From assembly GCA_035493715.1 (NCBI GenBank), contig DATJHU010000050.1:2481-66480 (forward strand): a stretch of 64,000 nucleotides of DNA. Reading direction: 5' to 3'. Source of the DNA: Alphaproteobacteria bacterium (GTDB lineage Bacteria > Pseudomonadota > Alphaproteobacteria > BOG-932 > Roseiterribacteraceae). This document shows, one piece after another, positions 32,578 to 43,300 of this stretch. Each line of letters opens with the position of its first letter. Position 1 is the stretch's first letter. The notes under the pieces were generated by a model. The model was not told where the DNA came from. It saw only the letters and a program-made list of their open reading frames with translations, and ran no database searches. The position numbers and the translations under genes are program-made.

Positions 32578-33222
32578 ATGGCGCCACAGATTTCTTCTTC
32601 CCGCGGGACCGATACAGGTCGAAACGCCGTGTCGTTTATTCCGTTTTCAAGCCGATGCGCGCTGATGCTGGGCTTGGCCCTTAACGGCCTGGTCTTATCC
32701 CCCGTGCAGGCCGCTGCCCCTTCGATGGTGCCGGCACCGGCGCCCGGCGCCGCGGTACCCGCGCCCGCCGCCCCCGATTGGGAAAAGTATGCCTCGCCCA
32801 AGGCGGACTCGATCGTCGTCTACAAATCCGCGCGCCTGTTGCAGCTCCGCCGCCATGGCCAGGTGATCAAGAGCTATCACGTCGCGCTCGGCCGCCAGCC
32901 GGTCGGGCAGAAGATGGAAGAAGGCGACGGCAGGACGCCGGAGGGCAGCTATATCGTCGACCGCCGGAACATCGAGAGCGAATACCATCTGTCGCTCCAC
33001 ATCTCCTATCCGGAAAAGAACGACATACAGCGGGCCGAAGCCCGCCATGTCAGCGCCGGCGGCGCGATCATGATCCACGGCGAGCCCAACGTCCTGAACG
33101 ACGAGGGCAAGAAGCACCTGCTGAAGGATTGGACCGCCGGCTGCATCGCGCTCAACAACCGCGACATCGACGAAATCTGGCGTCTCGTCGACGACGGCGT
33201 GTCCGTCGATATTTATCCCTGA
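32578..33222 (+). CDS. YkuD-family protein, DpaA/YafK/PA3756 type (start uncertain)
   Basis: IVVYKSAR, ALG...KMEEGDGRTPEGSY, YHLSLHISYP, GGAIMIHG, DWTAGCIAL. Confidence 0.85.
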   Translation: MAPQISSSRGTDTGRNAVSFIPFSSRCALMLGLALNGLVLSPVQAAAPSMVPAPAPGAAVPAPAAPDWEKYASPKADSIVVYKSARLLQLRRHGQVIKSYHVALGRQPVGQKMEEGDGRTPEGSYIVDRRNIESEYHLSLHISYPEKNDIQRAEARHVSAGGAIMIHGEPNVLNDEGKKHLLKDWTAGCIALNNRDIDEIWRLVDDGVSVDIYP

Positions 33223-33275
33223 ACCCAGCAGCGACCTAGCCGACCCAGGCCGCTGCTGACGCAGCGGGCAGCGCC

Positions 33276-34637
33276 TCAGCGCTGCTTTGCCACGTCCTTG
33301 GCGTCGACGGCGTTGGCCTTGTTGCCCCAGCTGTTGCGCACGTAGGTCGCCAGCGCCGCGACCTGCTCGTCGTCCATGCCGAGCCCGAAATCGAGTTCGA
33401 AGCCCGGCATCTTCGGCCACGCTTTGTCGTCCAGCACTTTCTCGTGCGCGCCGTAGAGGATGATATTGATCAGGCTCTGGGGATCGTGCGCCAGGATAAT
33501 CGGGTTGCCGACCAAAGGCGGCGACACCTTGGTCGGGTCGGCTTCGGGGGTTTTCGGGCTGCCGAGCCCGGTCGGCAGGTGGCAGTCGCCGCAGCGCACG
33601 GTGAAGGCGATCTCGCCCTTCTGCATCTGGTCGGCGGTAGGCGCCTTATCGATCGGCCGGTCGATCGCAGGCAGGCTCTTGAGATAGACGCCCATCGCCT
33701 TTGCGTCCTCGTCGGTCAGGTATTTCGTGCTGTTCGCGACGACGGTCGCCATCGGACCGGTGGCCCCGGCATAATCGGTATGGCCGGTCTTCAGATATTG
33801 GGCGATCTCCTCGGCGGACCAGGTCGCGATGCCGCCCTTCGATTGGGTCAGGTTGGCGGTCGACCATTCGCGGACCATGTTGTCCTGCTTCACGATCTCC
33901 TGCTCGTGCACGGAATCGAGGATTTCGTCGTTATAGACCGCCCCGGTCAGCGCCATCTCTTCCTTCTCGTTGCCCAGTGCGCCGCGCGGCGTGTGGCAGG
34001 CGCCGCAATGCCCCAGGCCCTGGACCAGATAGGCGCCGCGGTTCCATTCGGCCGACTGTTTGGGATCGGGCTGATAGGCGCCCGGCTTGAAGAACATCTT
34101 GTTCCAGAAGGTCAGCAGCCAGCGCTGGCTGTAGGGGAACGACATCTGGTTCTTGGGCGGCGTATAGCTGACCGGCTTGATCGTCTTCAGATAGGCGTAG
34201 ATCGCCTTGGCGTCCTCGTCGGTCACCTTGGTGTAGGCGGTGAAGGGAAAGACCGGATAGAGATGGTCGCCGTCATCGTCCACGCCTTCGCGCATGGCGC
34301 GGACGAGCTGCTCCTCCGTCCAGCCGCCGATACCGGTATCCTTGTCCTGCGTCAGGTTCGGCGTATAGACCGTCCCGAACGGCGTCTTCAGCGGCAGGCC
34401 GCCGGCGAATTCCTCGCCGCCCGGACGGGTGTGGCAGGAGATGCAGTCGCCGATCGTCGCCAGGTATTTGCCCTTGGCGACCAGCGGATCTTCCGGGGCC
34501 GAAGAGGCGGCGGCCGCAGGCGCCGCGTCCTGTGCGAAGGCCGGCCCGGCGAGCAGGCCCACGCCCATCGCCGCGAAAACCGCGCCCCGCAAGGCAAACC
34601 CGTTGAAGCCCTGACGCCGTGAAACGCTACGATTCAT
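33276..34637 (-). CDS. Triheme c-type cytochrome (gluconate/alcohol dehydrogenase cytochrome subunit type)
   Basis: CISCH, CGACH, CGDCH; TPFGTVYTPNLT, GIGGW, WNRGAYLV, YVRNSWGN. Confidence 0.92.
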   Translation of the reverse strand: MNRSVSRRQGFNGFALRGAVFAAMGVGLLAGPAFAQDAAPAAAASSAPEDPLVAKGKYLATIGDCISCHTRPGGEEFAGGLPLKTPFGTVYTPNLTQDKDTGIGGWTEEQLVRAMREGVDDDGDHLYPVFPFTAYTKVTDEDAKAIYAYLKTIKPVSYTPPKNQMSFPYSQRWLLTFWNKMFFKPGAYQPDPKQSAEWNRGAYLVQGLGHCGACHTPRGALGNEKEEMALTGAVYNDEILDSVHEQEIVKQDNMVREWSTANLTQSKGGIATWSAEEIAQYLKTGHTDYAGATGPMATVVANSTKYLTDEDAKAMGVYLKSLPAIDRPIDKAPTADQMQKGEIAFTVRCGDCHLPTGLGSPKTPEADPTKVSPPLVGNPIILAHDPQSLINIILYGAHEKVLDDKAWPKMPGFELDFGLGMDDEQVAALATYVRNSWGNKANAVDAKDVAKQR

Positions 34638-34767
34638 GAGAGCTGCCCCGATTGTCCGATCGACATTGTGTCGGATTGACTTGTTTTGGCCGGCGCGGAG
34701 TGCGCAACGCTTGACCTGCTAACCGATATTCCCCCGGGAAAGTTCGATCAAGGTCCAATCGGTCGCA

Positions 34768-35454
34768 TCAGAAGCGCCCGAAGACGATCCAGGCGACGAT
34801 CCCCGCGGCCCCGGCCAGTCCCGGCAGGGCCAGCCAAAGCGGCGCGAAGCGAAGCGGCGGCGGCACGATTTCCGCGCCGACGCGCTTGGTCCCGACGATC
34901 ATCGCCGCGGTCAGGTTCTGCCGTTTGAAGACAAGGTAGAACAGGACCACGGCCACATGCAGGCCGGAGAACAGCAGCAGCAGGTTGAAGACGCGACCGT
35001 GCCAATGCGCGATCCGGCGGCCCAGCTCGAAGCTGACATAATTGCCGAGCGGGCCGGGATCGAGCCCGTCGATATCCACCGCGAACAGGCCAAGCACGGA
35101 TTGGGCGAGCAACAGGAGCAGCAGCACCGCCACGCTCCATCCGCCCATCGGGTTATGTCCGAACGCAATCCGGCCGGAGCGCCTGAGCAGTGCCGCGCCA
35201 TAGGCGACGACGCCGCGCGGACTATGGATGAAGTCGGCGAAACGCGCGGTCTGGCTGCCGGCGAAACCCCAATAAATGCGAAACAGCACCAGCGTCAGGA
35301 TGAAATAGCCCGACAGCTTGTGCCATTCGAGATGGTCGGTCTCGCTTGTCCACCAGGAAAATCCGAAGAGCGCGACGATCAGCCAATGGAACAGCCGGGT
35401 CGGCAGGTCCCAGACGCGGACGCGGCGCAACTCCCCGGGGTTCGGCGCGCGCAC
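34768..35454 (-). CDS. Cytochrome b (Ni-hydrogenase-type b/b561 family)
   Basis: VWDLPTRLFHW, WHKLSGY, GHNPMGG, LHVAVV. Confidence 0.9.
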   Translation of the reverse strand: MRAPNPGELRRVRVWDLPTRLFHWLIVALFGFSWWTSETDHLEWHKLSGYFILTLVLFRIYWGFAGSQTARFADFIHSPRGVVAYGAALLRRSGRIAFGHNPMGGWSVAVLLLLLLAQSVLGLFAVDIDGLDPGPLGNYVSFELGRRIAHWHGRVFNLLLLFSGLHVAVVLFYLVFKRQNLTAAMIVGTKRVGAEIVPPPLRFAPLWLALPGLAGAAGIVAWIVFGRF

Positions 35455-35463
35455 TGTCGTCTA

Positions 35464-35949
35464 TCAGTGCGCTTCGTCCTCCGGCGGCGTGCGGAACGGC
35501 TTGTGGCAGCCCTGGCAGGTCTTGCCGGTGGCTTTAAGCTGCTCGCCGATGGCCTTGGCGTCGCCGGTGGCGACGATCTCGACCAGCTTGTCCGCCTCGG
35601 GCGGGAACTTGTCGGCCGCGGCCTTGAACTCATCCGGCTGGGTCCAGATTTCCGGCTTGGCCAGCGTCTTCACGCCGGATTCGGGCCCGGTCCCCTTGGG
35701 GAACCAGGTCGGCAACTCGCGGGCGGACGCCGCGATCTTCTTCGCCGCATCGGTCATGATGGCGCGATCCAGCGTGCCCGACTTCAACTGGCCGCCGATC
35801 GCCTTGGCCTGGGTGCCCAGGTCCTTCAGCTTCTCATGCCGGGCCTTGATGATCTCCGCCGGGCTTTCGTCCGCGGCCATGGAGCCGCCCGCGACGGTCA
35901 ACAGCGCAGCAGCGAGCACGGTGGCGATCGTCCGACTTTCAAATCGCAT
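35464..35949 (-). CDS. Cytochrome c' / c556 (class II)
   Basis: Signal peptide, WFPKGT, AKPEIW, C-terminal CQGCHKPFR. Confidence 0.92.
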   Translation of the reverse strand: MRFESRTIATVLAAALLTVAGGSMAADESPAEIIKARHEKLKDLGTQAKAIGGQLKSGTLDRAIMTDAAKKIAASARELPTWFPKGTGPESGVKTLAKPEIWTQPDEFKAAADKFPPEADKLVEIVATGDAKAIGEQLKATGKTCQGCHKPFRTPPEDEAH

Positions 35950-36070
35950 AGCGGTCAAACCTTTCGATGGGTACGCTTCGGGTGGTACGGAAATCCTTAA
36001 CCCGGCCTTCCGGCCGTAGTAAGTCACGCAGCAACCTCGCCGAACCAAGCGCCGATCACAAGCGAATTTC

Positions 36071-36628
36071 ATGCTGAAACCTTCGTCCATCTGTGTCTAT
36101 TGCGGCTCGGCCGAGGACGTTGCCCAACCCTACAAGGATGCGGCCGCGGAATTGGGCCGGATCGCCGGCGAGAACGGCATCGATGTCGTCTATGGCGGCG
36201 GCCGCAGCGGGCTGATGGGCCTCGTCGCGAATGCGGCGCTGCTGGCCGGCGGCCGGGTGATCGGCGTGCTGCCGCAGGCGATCGTGGCGATGGAGGTGGC
36301 GCACGGCGCGCTGACCGAGACGATCGTCGTCGACACGATCCATCGCCGAAAGCAGACGATGGCGGACCGGGCCGAGGCTTTCGTGATCCTGCCCGGCGGC
36401 CTCGGCACGCTGGACGAAGGCATGGAAATCCTGGCGTGGCGCCAGCTGCGCTTCCACGACCGGCCGGTCGTGATCGTGAATGTCGACGGCTATTGGGACC
36501 CGCTGCTGGCGATGCTGGAGCGGGCGGCCGCGGAAGGATTCATCTATGCCCGCGGAAAGACCCTCTTCCGGGTCGTCACGCAGGTCGAACACGTGCTGCC
36601 CGCGATCGCCGCGCAACTCGCGGAGTAG
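36071..36628 (+). CDS. LOG family (TIGR00730) nucleotide phosphoribohydrolase
   Basis: ICVYCGS, VYGGGRSGLMG, RK, PGGLGTLDE. Confidence 0.92.
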   Translation: MLKPSSICVYCGSAEDVAQPYKDAAAELGRIAGENGIDVVYGGGRSGLMGLVANAALLAGGRVIGVLPQAIVAMEVAHGALTETIVVDTIHRRKQTMADRAEAFVILPGGLGTLDEGMEILAWRQLRFHDRPVVIVNVDGYWDPLLAMLERAAAEGFIYARGKTLFRVVTQVEHVLPAIAAQLAE

Positions 36629-36779
36629 AAGATTTGCGCACTGTGAATTGCGCAGATTTCCGATTAGCTTGCGGCCTCCCTTACGGATCGCGTAAAACCC
36701 GCCGCTGATAGCGGCCGACCGCGAAGCCGTGCCTGTTCAGTTCGAGCGGCGTTGCCGCCATTTCGGAGGAAGTTAGTCG

Positions 36780-37994
36780 ATGTCGAAGATCAAAGTCGCC
36801 AAGCCGGTTGTGGAGCTCGACGGCGACGAAATGACCCGCGTTATCTGGCAGTTGATCAAGGACAAGCTGATCCTGCCCTATCTCGACATCGACCTGCATT
36901 ACTACGACCTGGGCATGGAGGAGCGCGACCGCACCGACGATCAGGTGACGATCGATTCCGCCAACGCGATCCTGAAGCATGGCGTCGGCGTCAAATGCGC
37001 GACGATCACTCCGGACGAGGCTCGCGTCGAAGAGTTCAAGCTGAAGAAGATGTGGAAGTCGCCCAACGGCACGATCCGCAACATCCTGGGCGGCACCGTC
37101 TTCCGTGAGCCGATCATCTGCAAGAACGTCCCGCGCTATGTCCCGGGCTGGACCAAGCCGATCGTCATCGGCCGCCATGCCTTCGGCGACCAGTACCGCG
37201 CGACCGACTTCAAGGTGCCGGGCAAGGGCAAGCTGACCATGACGTTCCAGCCGGACGACGGCAGCGCGCCGATCGTCCATGAAGTGTTCCACTTCAATGA
37301 CGCGGGCGTTGCGATGGGCATGTACAACCTGGACGAGTCGATCTCCGGCTTTGCCCATGCCTGTTTCGTCTACGGCCTGCAGCGCAACTATCCGGTCTAT
37401 CTGTCGACCAAGAACACGATCCTCAAGGCCTATGACGGCCGGTTCAAGGATATCTTCCAGGCGATCTTCGACGCCGAATACAAGGACAAGTTCAAGGCCG
37501 CCGGCCTGACCTACGAGCACCGCCTGATCGACGACATGGTCGCGGCCTGCATGAAGTGGGAAGGCGGCTATGTATGGGCCTGCAAGAACTATGACGGCGA
37601 CGTCCAGTCCGACACGGTTGCCCAGGGCTTCGGCTCGCTGGGCCTGATGACCTCTGTCCTGCTGACCCCCGACGGCAAGACCGTCGAGGCCGAGGCGGCG
37701 CACGGCACCGTCACCCGCCACTATCGCCTGTGGCAGCAGGGCAAGGACACCTCGACCAACCCGATCGCCTCGATCTTCGCCTGGACCCAAGGCCTGAAAT
37801 ATCGCGGCAAGTTCGACGAGACGCCGGACGTCGTGAAGTTCGCCGACGCGCTGGAGAATGTCTGCGTCTCGACGGTCGAAGCCGGCTTCATGACCAAGGA
37901 TCTGTCGATCCTGATCGGACCGGACCAGGCCTGGCAGACAACCGGCGCTTTCCTGGACACGCTGGCCGACCGTCTGGAAAAGGCGCTTGCCTAA
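36780..37994 (+). CDS. icd: NADP-dependent isocitrate dehydrogenase
   Basis: [46 protein letters not shown]. Confidence 0.98.
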   Translation: MSKIKVAKPVVELDGDEMTRVIWQLIKDKLILPYLDIDLHYYDLGMEERDRTDDQVTIDSANAILKHGVGVKCATITPDEARVEEFKLKKMWKSPNGTIRNILGGTVFREPIICKNVPRYVPGWTKPIVIGRHAFGDQYRATDFKVPGKGKLTMTFQPDDGSAPIVHEVFHFNDAGVAMGMYNLDESISGFAHACFVYGLQRNYPVYLSTKNTILKAYDGRFKDIFQAIFDAEYKDKFKAAGLTYEHRLIDDMVAACMKWEGGYVWACKNYDGDVQSDTVAQGFGSLGLMTSVLLTPDGKTVEAEAAHGTVTRHYRLWQQGKDTSTNPIASIFAWTQGLKYRGKFDETPDVVKFADALENVCVSTVEAGFMTKDLSILIGPDQAWQTTGAFLDTLADRLEKALA

Positions 37995-38031
37995 GTCTTT
38001 CGGGCTGATCCTTCGGACTTAGCCCCAAAAG

Positions 38032-38067
38032 AAAACGCCGGCGAGGGTAACCCCGCCGGCGTTTTTT
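38032..38067. terminator. Bidirectional intrinsic terminator (icd / gcrA)
   Basis: AAAACGCCGGCG...CGCCGGCGTTTTTT with A and T tracts on either side. Confidence 0.85.
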
Positions 38068-38079
38068 ATTGCCGAAGCC

Positions 38080-38598
38080 TTACCGGCGTGCTGACAGACG
38101 CTGAGCTTGCTGTTCGCGTTCGCTGGAACGGCGTGCGGGCGGCTGATAGGCGCGCCGTGCGTGATCGGCGCAATAGGGCAGCCCCTCGGCGGACGCACGG
38201 CCGCAGAAATGGAAGTCCGGATGGCGCGGGTCGCCGATCGGCCATTTGCAGATGCGATCGGTCAGCGTCAGGATAGTCGCGCCGGGCACGTCCTCCACCT
38301 CGATCGGGGCGGGCCGAATCTCGATATGCCGTTGCGGCGGGGCCGCCGGACGGGCGACCACGCGCGGCGCCGTATGCGCCGGTGCCTCGACGCGCGGACG
38401 GCGGACAGGACGCGGCCGCGGCGCGCCGGCCGGGCGGTTCTTGATCGGCGACGGACGCCCGGTAAGGCCCAGCCTGTGGGCTTTGCCGATGACGGCGTTA
38501 CGGGTGATGCCCCCAAGATGCGTGGCGATCTGGCTGGCGCTCAGCCCGTCATGCCAAAGGGATCGAAGCTGTTCGATCCGCTCGCTGCTCCACTCCAT
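38080..38598 (-). CDS. gcrA: Cell cycle regulator GcrA
   Basis: MEWSSERIEQLRSLW, GLSASQIA, TRNAVIGKAHRLGL, CKWPIGDP, FCG, PYCADH. Confidence 0.95.
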   Translation of the reverse strand: MEWSSERIEQLRSLWHDGLSASQIATHLGGITRNAVIGKAHRLGLTGRPSPIKNRPAGAPRPRPVRRPRVEAPAHTAPRVVARPAAPPQRHIEIRPAPIEVEDVPGATILTLTDRICKWPIGDPRHPDFHFCGRASAEGLPYCADHARRAYQPPARRSSEREQQAQRLSARR

Positions 38599-38741
38599 GT
38601 GTTTCTCCGTGAATTGGGGTGCGATATCGCTACATCAGGATCGTATGCCTGCTAGATATAGTAGGCAAGCACGAAATGTGCACCAGCATGTTGCGAAGTT
38701 CCGATCTGCGCAGGGTTATGGTCAAATCGCCGTGGTAATGC

Positions 38742-39389
38742 ATGGACACGATGCGAACCAATGCCGCCATCAGAAGAACTGAACCCAGCGCCGGGCAACT
38801 GGTCAGCCGCTTTCCGGTGAGGGACGCGCGCGCCGACGAGGAGCTGATGACCGCCATTGCCGCGGGCGACCAGCACGCGTTCGCCCGGCTGGTCGAACGG
38901 CATCTGAGCCGCACTGTCGGCCTGGCGACCCGCCTGATGGGATCACGCGCGGACGGCGAGGAGATCGCGCAGGAGGCGTTCTCCCGCGTCTGGTCCCACG
39001 CGTCGCGTTGGCGGCCGATCGGTAGCGGCGGCAACGCGCGCTTCACCACGTGGCTGTACCGGATTGCGGTCAATCTGGCGATCGACCGGAAACGGCGCGC
39101 CAAGCTGACGCCGCTGGACGATATCGAGGAGCCGCTGGACGAATCCGACGACGGTTTCGTGCAGATCCACAAGCGGCAGATATCGGATGCCGTTGCGGCT
39201 GCGATGTTGCGTCTACCGGAACGTCAGAGGATCGCGTTGTCATTGTGCTTTTTTGATGAGGTCAGCAATATCGAAGCCGGAAAGATCATGGGCCTGAGTG
39301 TCGGCGCTATCGAATCCCTGCTGGTCAGGGCCCGGCGCACGCTGAGGCAGGACCTGTCGGGCGTCTATGACGAGCTATCGGAGGGTTAG
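38742..39389 (+). CDS. ECF RNA polymerase sigma factor
   Basis: DEELM...GDQHAFARLVERH, FTTWLYRIAVN, LPERQR, ESLLVRARR. Confidence 0.92.
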   Translation: MDTMRTNAAIRRTEPSAGQLVSRFPVRDARADEELMTAIAAGDQHAFARLVERHLSRTVGLATRLMGSRADGEEIAQEAFSRVWSHASRWRPIGSGGNARFTTWLYRIAVNLAIDRKRRAKLTPLDDIEEPLDESDDGFVQIHKRQISDAVAAAMLRLPERQRIALSLCFFDEVSNIEAGKIMGLSVGAIESLLVRARRTLRQDLSGVYDELSEG

Positions 39390-39821
39390 GTGGAGCTGGG
39401 GCGATTTCGTGCGATTCTGAGTGCTTACGGCGCGGCGCCCGAGCGCTGGCCGGAGGACGAACGTATGGACGCACTGGCGTTGACTCGCGGCTCGATTGTT
39501 GCGGCGCGCGAACTGGCCGATGCCCGGATGCTCGACGATGCGCTCGGCTTCGCCGCGGCCCGTCCGGAGCTCGACCGCCTGGCCGTTCTCCAGCACAGGA
39601 TCGTCAGCGCCGCCAACCCGCTGATGCAAAGCTGGATGGGACGGTGGTTCGGCATCAGCCTGACCCCCATGCAGCTCTGGCCCTCTGTCGCGGGCCTGGC
39701 GCTTGCCACGATCCTCGGCTTCACCGTCGGCATCAACGGCATGCTGCAGACCGACACGGTACACGATACGGACGACGGGCTGGCTTTCCTGTCGGCCGAT
39801 TCATCGATCGGCAGCCAGTGA
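39390..39821 (+). CDS. Putative membrane anti-sigma factor
   Basis: RFRAILSAYGAAPERWP N-terminus, single TM helix, abuts the ECF gene. Confidence 0.75.
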   Translation: MELGRFRAILSAYGAAPERWPEDERMDALALTRGSIVAARELADARMLDDALGFAAARPELDRLAVLQHRIVSAANPLMQSWMGRWFGISLTPMQLWPSVAGLALATILGFTVGINGMLQTDTVHDTDDGLAFLSADSSIGSQ

Positions 39822-40252
39822 TACTCTCACGCGGCACCGGCCTCCTTGCCGTTCTTCTGGTCGTTTCGGTCGCGATCAATCTTTTCCTGGGCGGAAACGA
39901 ACTCGGTCTGCGCTTTCACCATCCGCCGCCGCCGATGAATATGGAGCAGCGCTTCGAGATGCTGTTCCAGACCCTGCCGGACGCCGATCGCGCGATCGCG
40001 CGCGAAGCGATCGACAGGCATCGCGAGCAGCTTCTGGATAAGCTGCACGAGTATCGTGCCGCGGCGGGGGCCGCCGCCGCCATCGTCCGCGCGGACCCGT
40101 TCAACGAAGAGGCGGCGCGGGCCGCTTTTGCCAAGGCCGACGACGCCTCCGTCGCATTTCGCCACGAGGTTCAGGATACGGTGATCGATATCGCCGGCAA
40201 GGTCTCGACCGCGGGGCGTTCGCACTTGCGCGCCGGTCTCGGCGGCCCTTGA
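39818..40252 (+). CDS. Periplasmic heavy-metal sensor / Spy-CpxP-ZraP-like protein
   Basis: LLVVSVAINLFLGG, LPDADR, ADPFNEEA; GTGA overlap. Confidence 0.8.
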   Translation: MILSRGTGLLAVLLVVSVAINLFLGGNELGLRFHHPPPPMNMEQRFEMLFQTLPDADRAIAREAIDRHREQLLDKLHEYRAAAGAAAAIVRADPFNEEAARAAFAKADDASVAFRHEVQDTVIDIAGKVSTAGRSHLRAGLGGP

Positions 40253-40360
40253 CGTCGACGAGAGCGAAAAGCCCGCTATTGGAGCAGCGCGCGCAACTTT
40301 GCTAAGACAGGTCGCAAAGGGGTTCGGCATCGCGCCGGCCTGATTTTGCGGGATTTTTGC

Positions 40361-43300
40361 ATGCGGGCGGTGTTCGGCGTCAGGATTCGGCATCTGCTTG
40401 TCCTTGCCCCGCTGCTTTCGCTGCCGGCCGCGACCGGCTTCGGCGCCCAGAAGGCCGCCGAACCCGTGCCCCCGCTCGAAGTCCGCGGTTACGAACTCGC
40501 GGCGAACCAGGACCAGCCCACACTCTGCTTCACGCTGTCCCAGACCGTCGCGCGGCGGCCGGATGCGCCGCTGGAATCGTTCGTTTCCGCCGAACCGTCG
40601 GTCAAGCTGGCCGCGATCCCGCGCAACAACCGCCTATGCCTGACCGGCTTCGCATTCGGAACCGGCTACAACGTGTCGTTGAAGGCCGGCCTGCCGGGGG
40701 TTACGAGCCCGCTCGGGAAGGACTGGAGTCATTGGATCCAAGTACCCAACCGGCCGCCGGAATTCGATTTCGCCGGTCCCGTCGATGGCGTTCTACCCCG
40801 TGCGGGTAACGACGGGCTGCCGCTGCGCAGCGTCAACGTGCCGAAGATCGACATCGACCTGTTCCGCATCGGCGAAGCGGATGTCGCCGGGTTCAGCGCC
40901 CGCCAGGCCTTGAACGGGGGGGATATCGAAAACCGCATCGGCCGGGGCGAGCGCATCTGGCACGGAACGATTGAACCCAAGGGGCAGGCAAACCGCGACA
41001 CCGTGACGGCGATTCCGGTCCGACAGGCGATCGAAGGGTCCAAGCCCGGCCTCTATATCGCCACCGCGCGCGAAACCGGCGCGATCGTCGCGCCGCAATC
41101 GGCGCTGCCGACGCAGTATTTCTTTGTATCGGACCTCGGCCTTGTGACCTACCGCGGACTGGACAGTCTTGCAGTGTGGGTCCGTTCCCTGGCGACGACC
41201 AACCCCGCGCCGGGCACGGAGATCGCGCTGATCGGGCGCGACAACCGCGAGTTGGCGCGCCAGCGCACCGACGATAACGGTTTCGTACGCTTCGAAGGCG
41301 ACATCCTGCGCGGCGCCGGGGGCAGCGAGCCGACCGCGCTCTATGCCTACGGCCAGTCGGGCGATTTTGCGGCACTGGCGCTGGACCAGGGCGGGCAGAC
41401 CGGAGCCGAACCGGTCAGCGCGATCATCTATCCCGACCGCAGCGCCTATCGGCCGGGCGAAACGGTCAATATCCTGACGCTGCTGCGCACTGCCCAGGGC
41501 GGCGCGGCGACCAGGCAGCCGCTGACGCTGACCACCTTAAGGCCCGACGGCGTCGTTTTCGACACCAGAACGCTGACCGACCAGGGCGGCGGCTATAGCG
41601 CCACGATCGCCTTGCCGGCCGCCGGCGCAAGCGGACGGTGGCGGACGGAAGCCCGCGTGGAGGGCGCCTCCGATCCAGTCGGCCAGGCGACGTTCGACGT
41701 CGGTCCAGACATGCCGAGCAACCTCAACCCCGCGGTATCGGCCGATGCGGCCATGCTGGATCCGTCGCAGCCGGCGAACCTTGCGGTCCAGGCGCAATAT
41801 GCCGATGGGCAGGCGGCCCCGAGTACGCCCGGAACGGTGAGCATCAAGGTCGCTGCGTCGGCGATGCCCTACCCCGCCTTTCCCGCCTTCACCTTCGGCC
41901 TGTCCGACGAAATCGTGACCCCGGCCGTGACCGATCCGGTGCGTTTCATAACCGACGCCGCCGGAAAAGCCTTGCTGCCGGTCAAGTTCGCCGTGCCGGC
42001 GCTGGCGACCCGGCCGCTGGAAGCCGTCGTCACGGCGCAGCTCTCCGACACCGGCGGGCGTCCCGTCACGCATTCGATGACCATCCCGGTCGCGACGCAG
42101 AACCTGGTTCTTGGCGTCCGGCCGACGCCGAGCGCCGTGTTCGACGACCAGACCGCGCATTTCGAACTGATCGCGCTCTCCCCGGATGGGGCGAGGCAGG
42201 AGAAAAAGGGCGCCGGCTGGGAAATATTGCGCCTGGATTCCGCACCGTCCTGGCAGTGGGACGGCACGCGTTTCGCCTTTCGCCCGACCATGACCGGCAC
42301 CCATGTCGACGGCGGCACGATCGACATCCCGGGTAACGGCCCGGCCACGCTGGACCGCAAGCTGCCGGCGGGCCGCTATAGGCTCGAGGTCTTCGATCCG
42401 GAGGGCGAGGCGATCAGCTCGGTGCATTTCATGGTCGGCTGGGCGCCGGCCGAGTTCGGCAGCAAGCCGGACGCGGTCGCGGTCAAACCTGCCAAGCCTG
42501 TCTACCGTGCCGGCGAGACGGCCGAGTTCTTCGTGAAGCCGCCCTATGAGGCGGACGTCACGCTCGTCCCCGCCGATCCAAGGATCGTGCGGGGCGCCGC
42601 CGTGCAGCATATCCCCGCGGCCGGCGGTACGATGCGGCTGGACATCCCGCCGGATGCCGGGATGGCCGTGCAGCTGCTGGTGACCGCGATCGCCCCCGCC
42701 GACCCGGTGGCGGCGGGCATGACGCGGCGGGCCTTTTCGAGCATCCCGCTTGCCGCCGATCCGGCTGAACGCCAGCTTGACGTCAAGCTGGACCTGCCCG
42801 CGGTCGCGGCGCCCCAAACCGTCCTGGCCGTTCCCGTCACCGTCGCCGCGGCGCCCGACGAAGCCGTATTCGTCCAGCTTTTCGCCACCGATGTCCGTGG
42901 CGGCGCCGAGGAGACCGGCAACCCCTTGCCTCCGCTGGCCGCGCTGATTGCGAAGAATGCCGAGGCTGTGACGGTGAGCGACAATTACGGCCGCTTGATC
43001 ACCGCGTCGGGCCTTTCCAACGGAACGCTCGGAATGCCGGCGGCCGACGCGCCGGATCGGCTGGACAACACGCCGCAGCCTCCCGTCCACCAGCCGCTCG
43101 CAATCGCGACCGGGATCGTGGCGCTCGACAAGAACGGCGCGGGCAAACTGTCGCTCGCGTTGCCCGATTTTTCCGGCACGCTCAAGCTGCGCGCAATCGC
43201 CTGGTCGGCGGGACGGACCGGACAGGCGACCGCCACCCTGCCCGTGCATGATCCGCTGAGCGCCGACCTGCCCCTGCCGGCGCGGCTGGCGCCGGACGAC

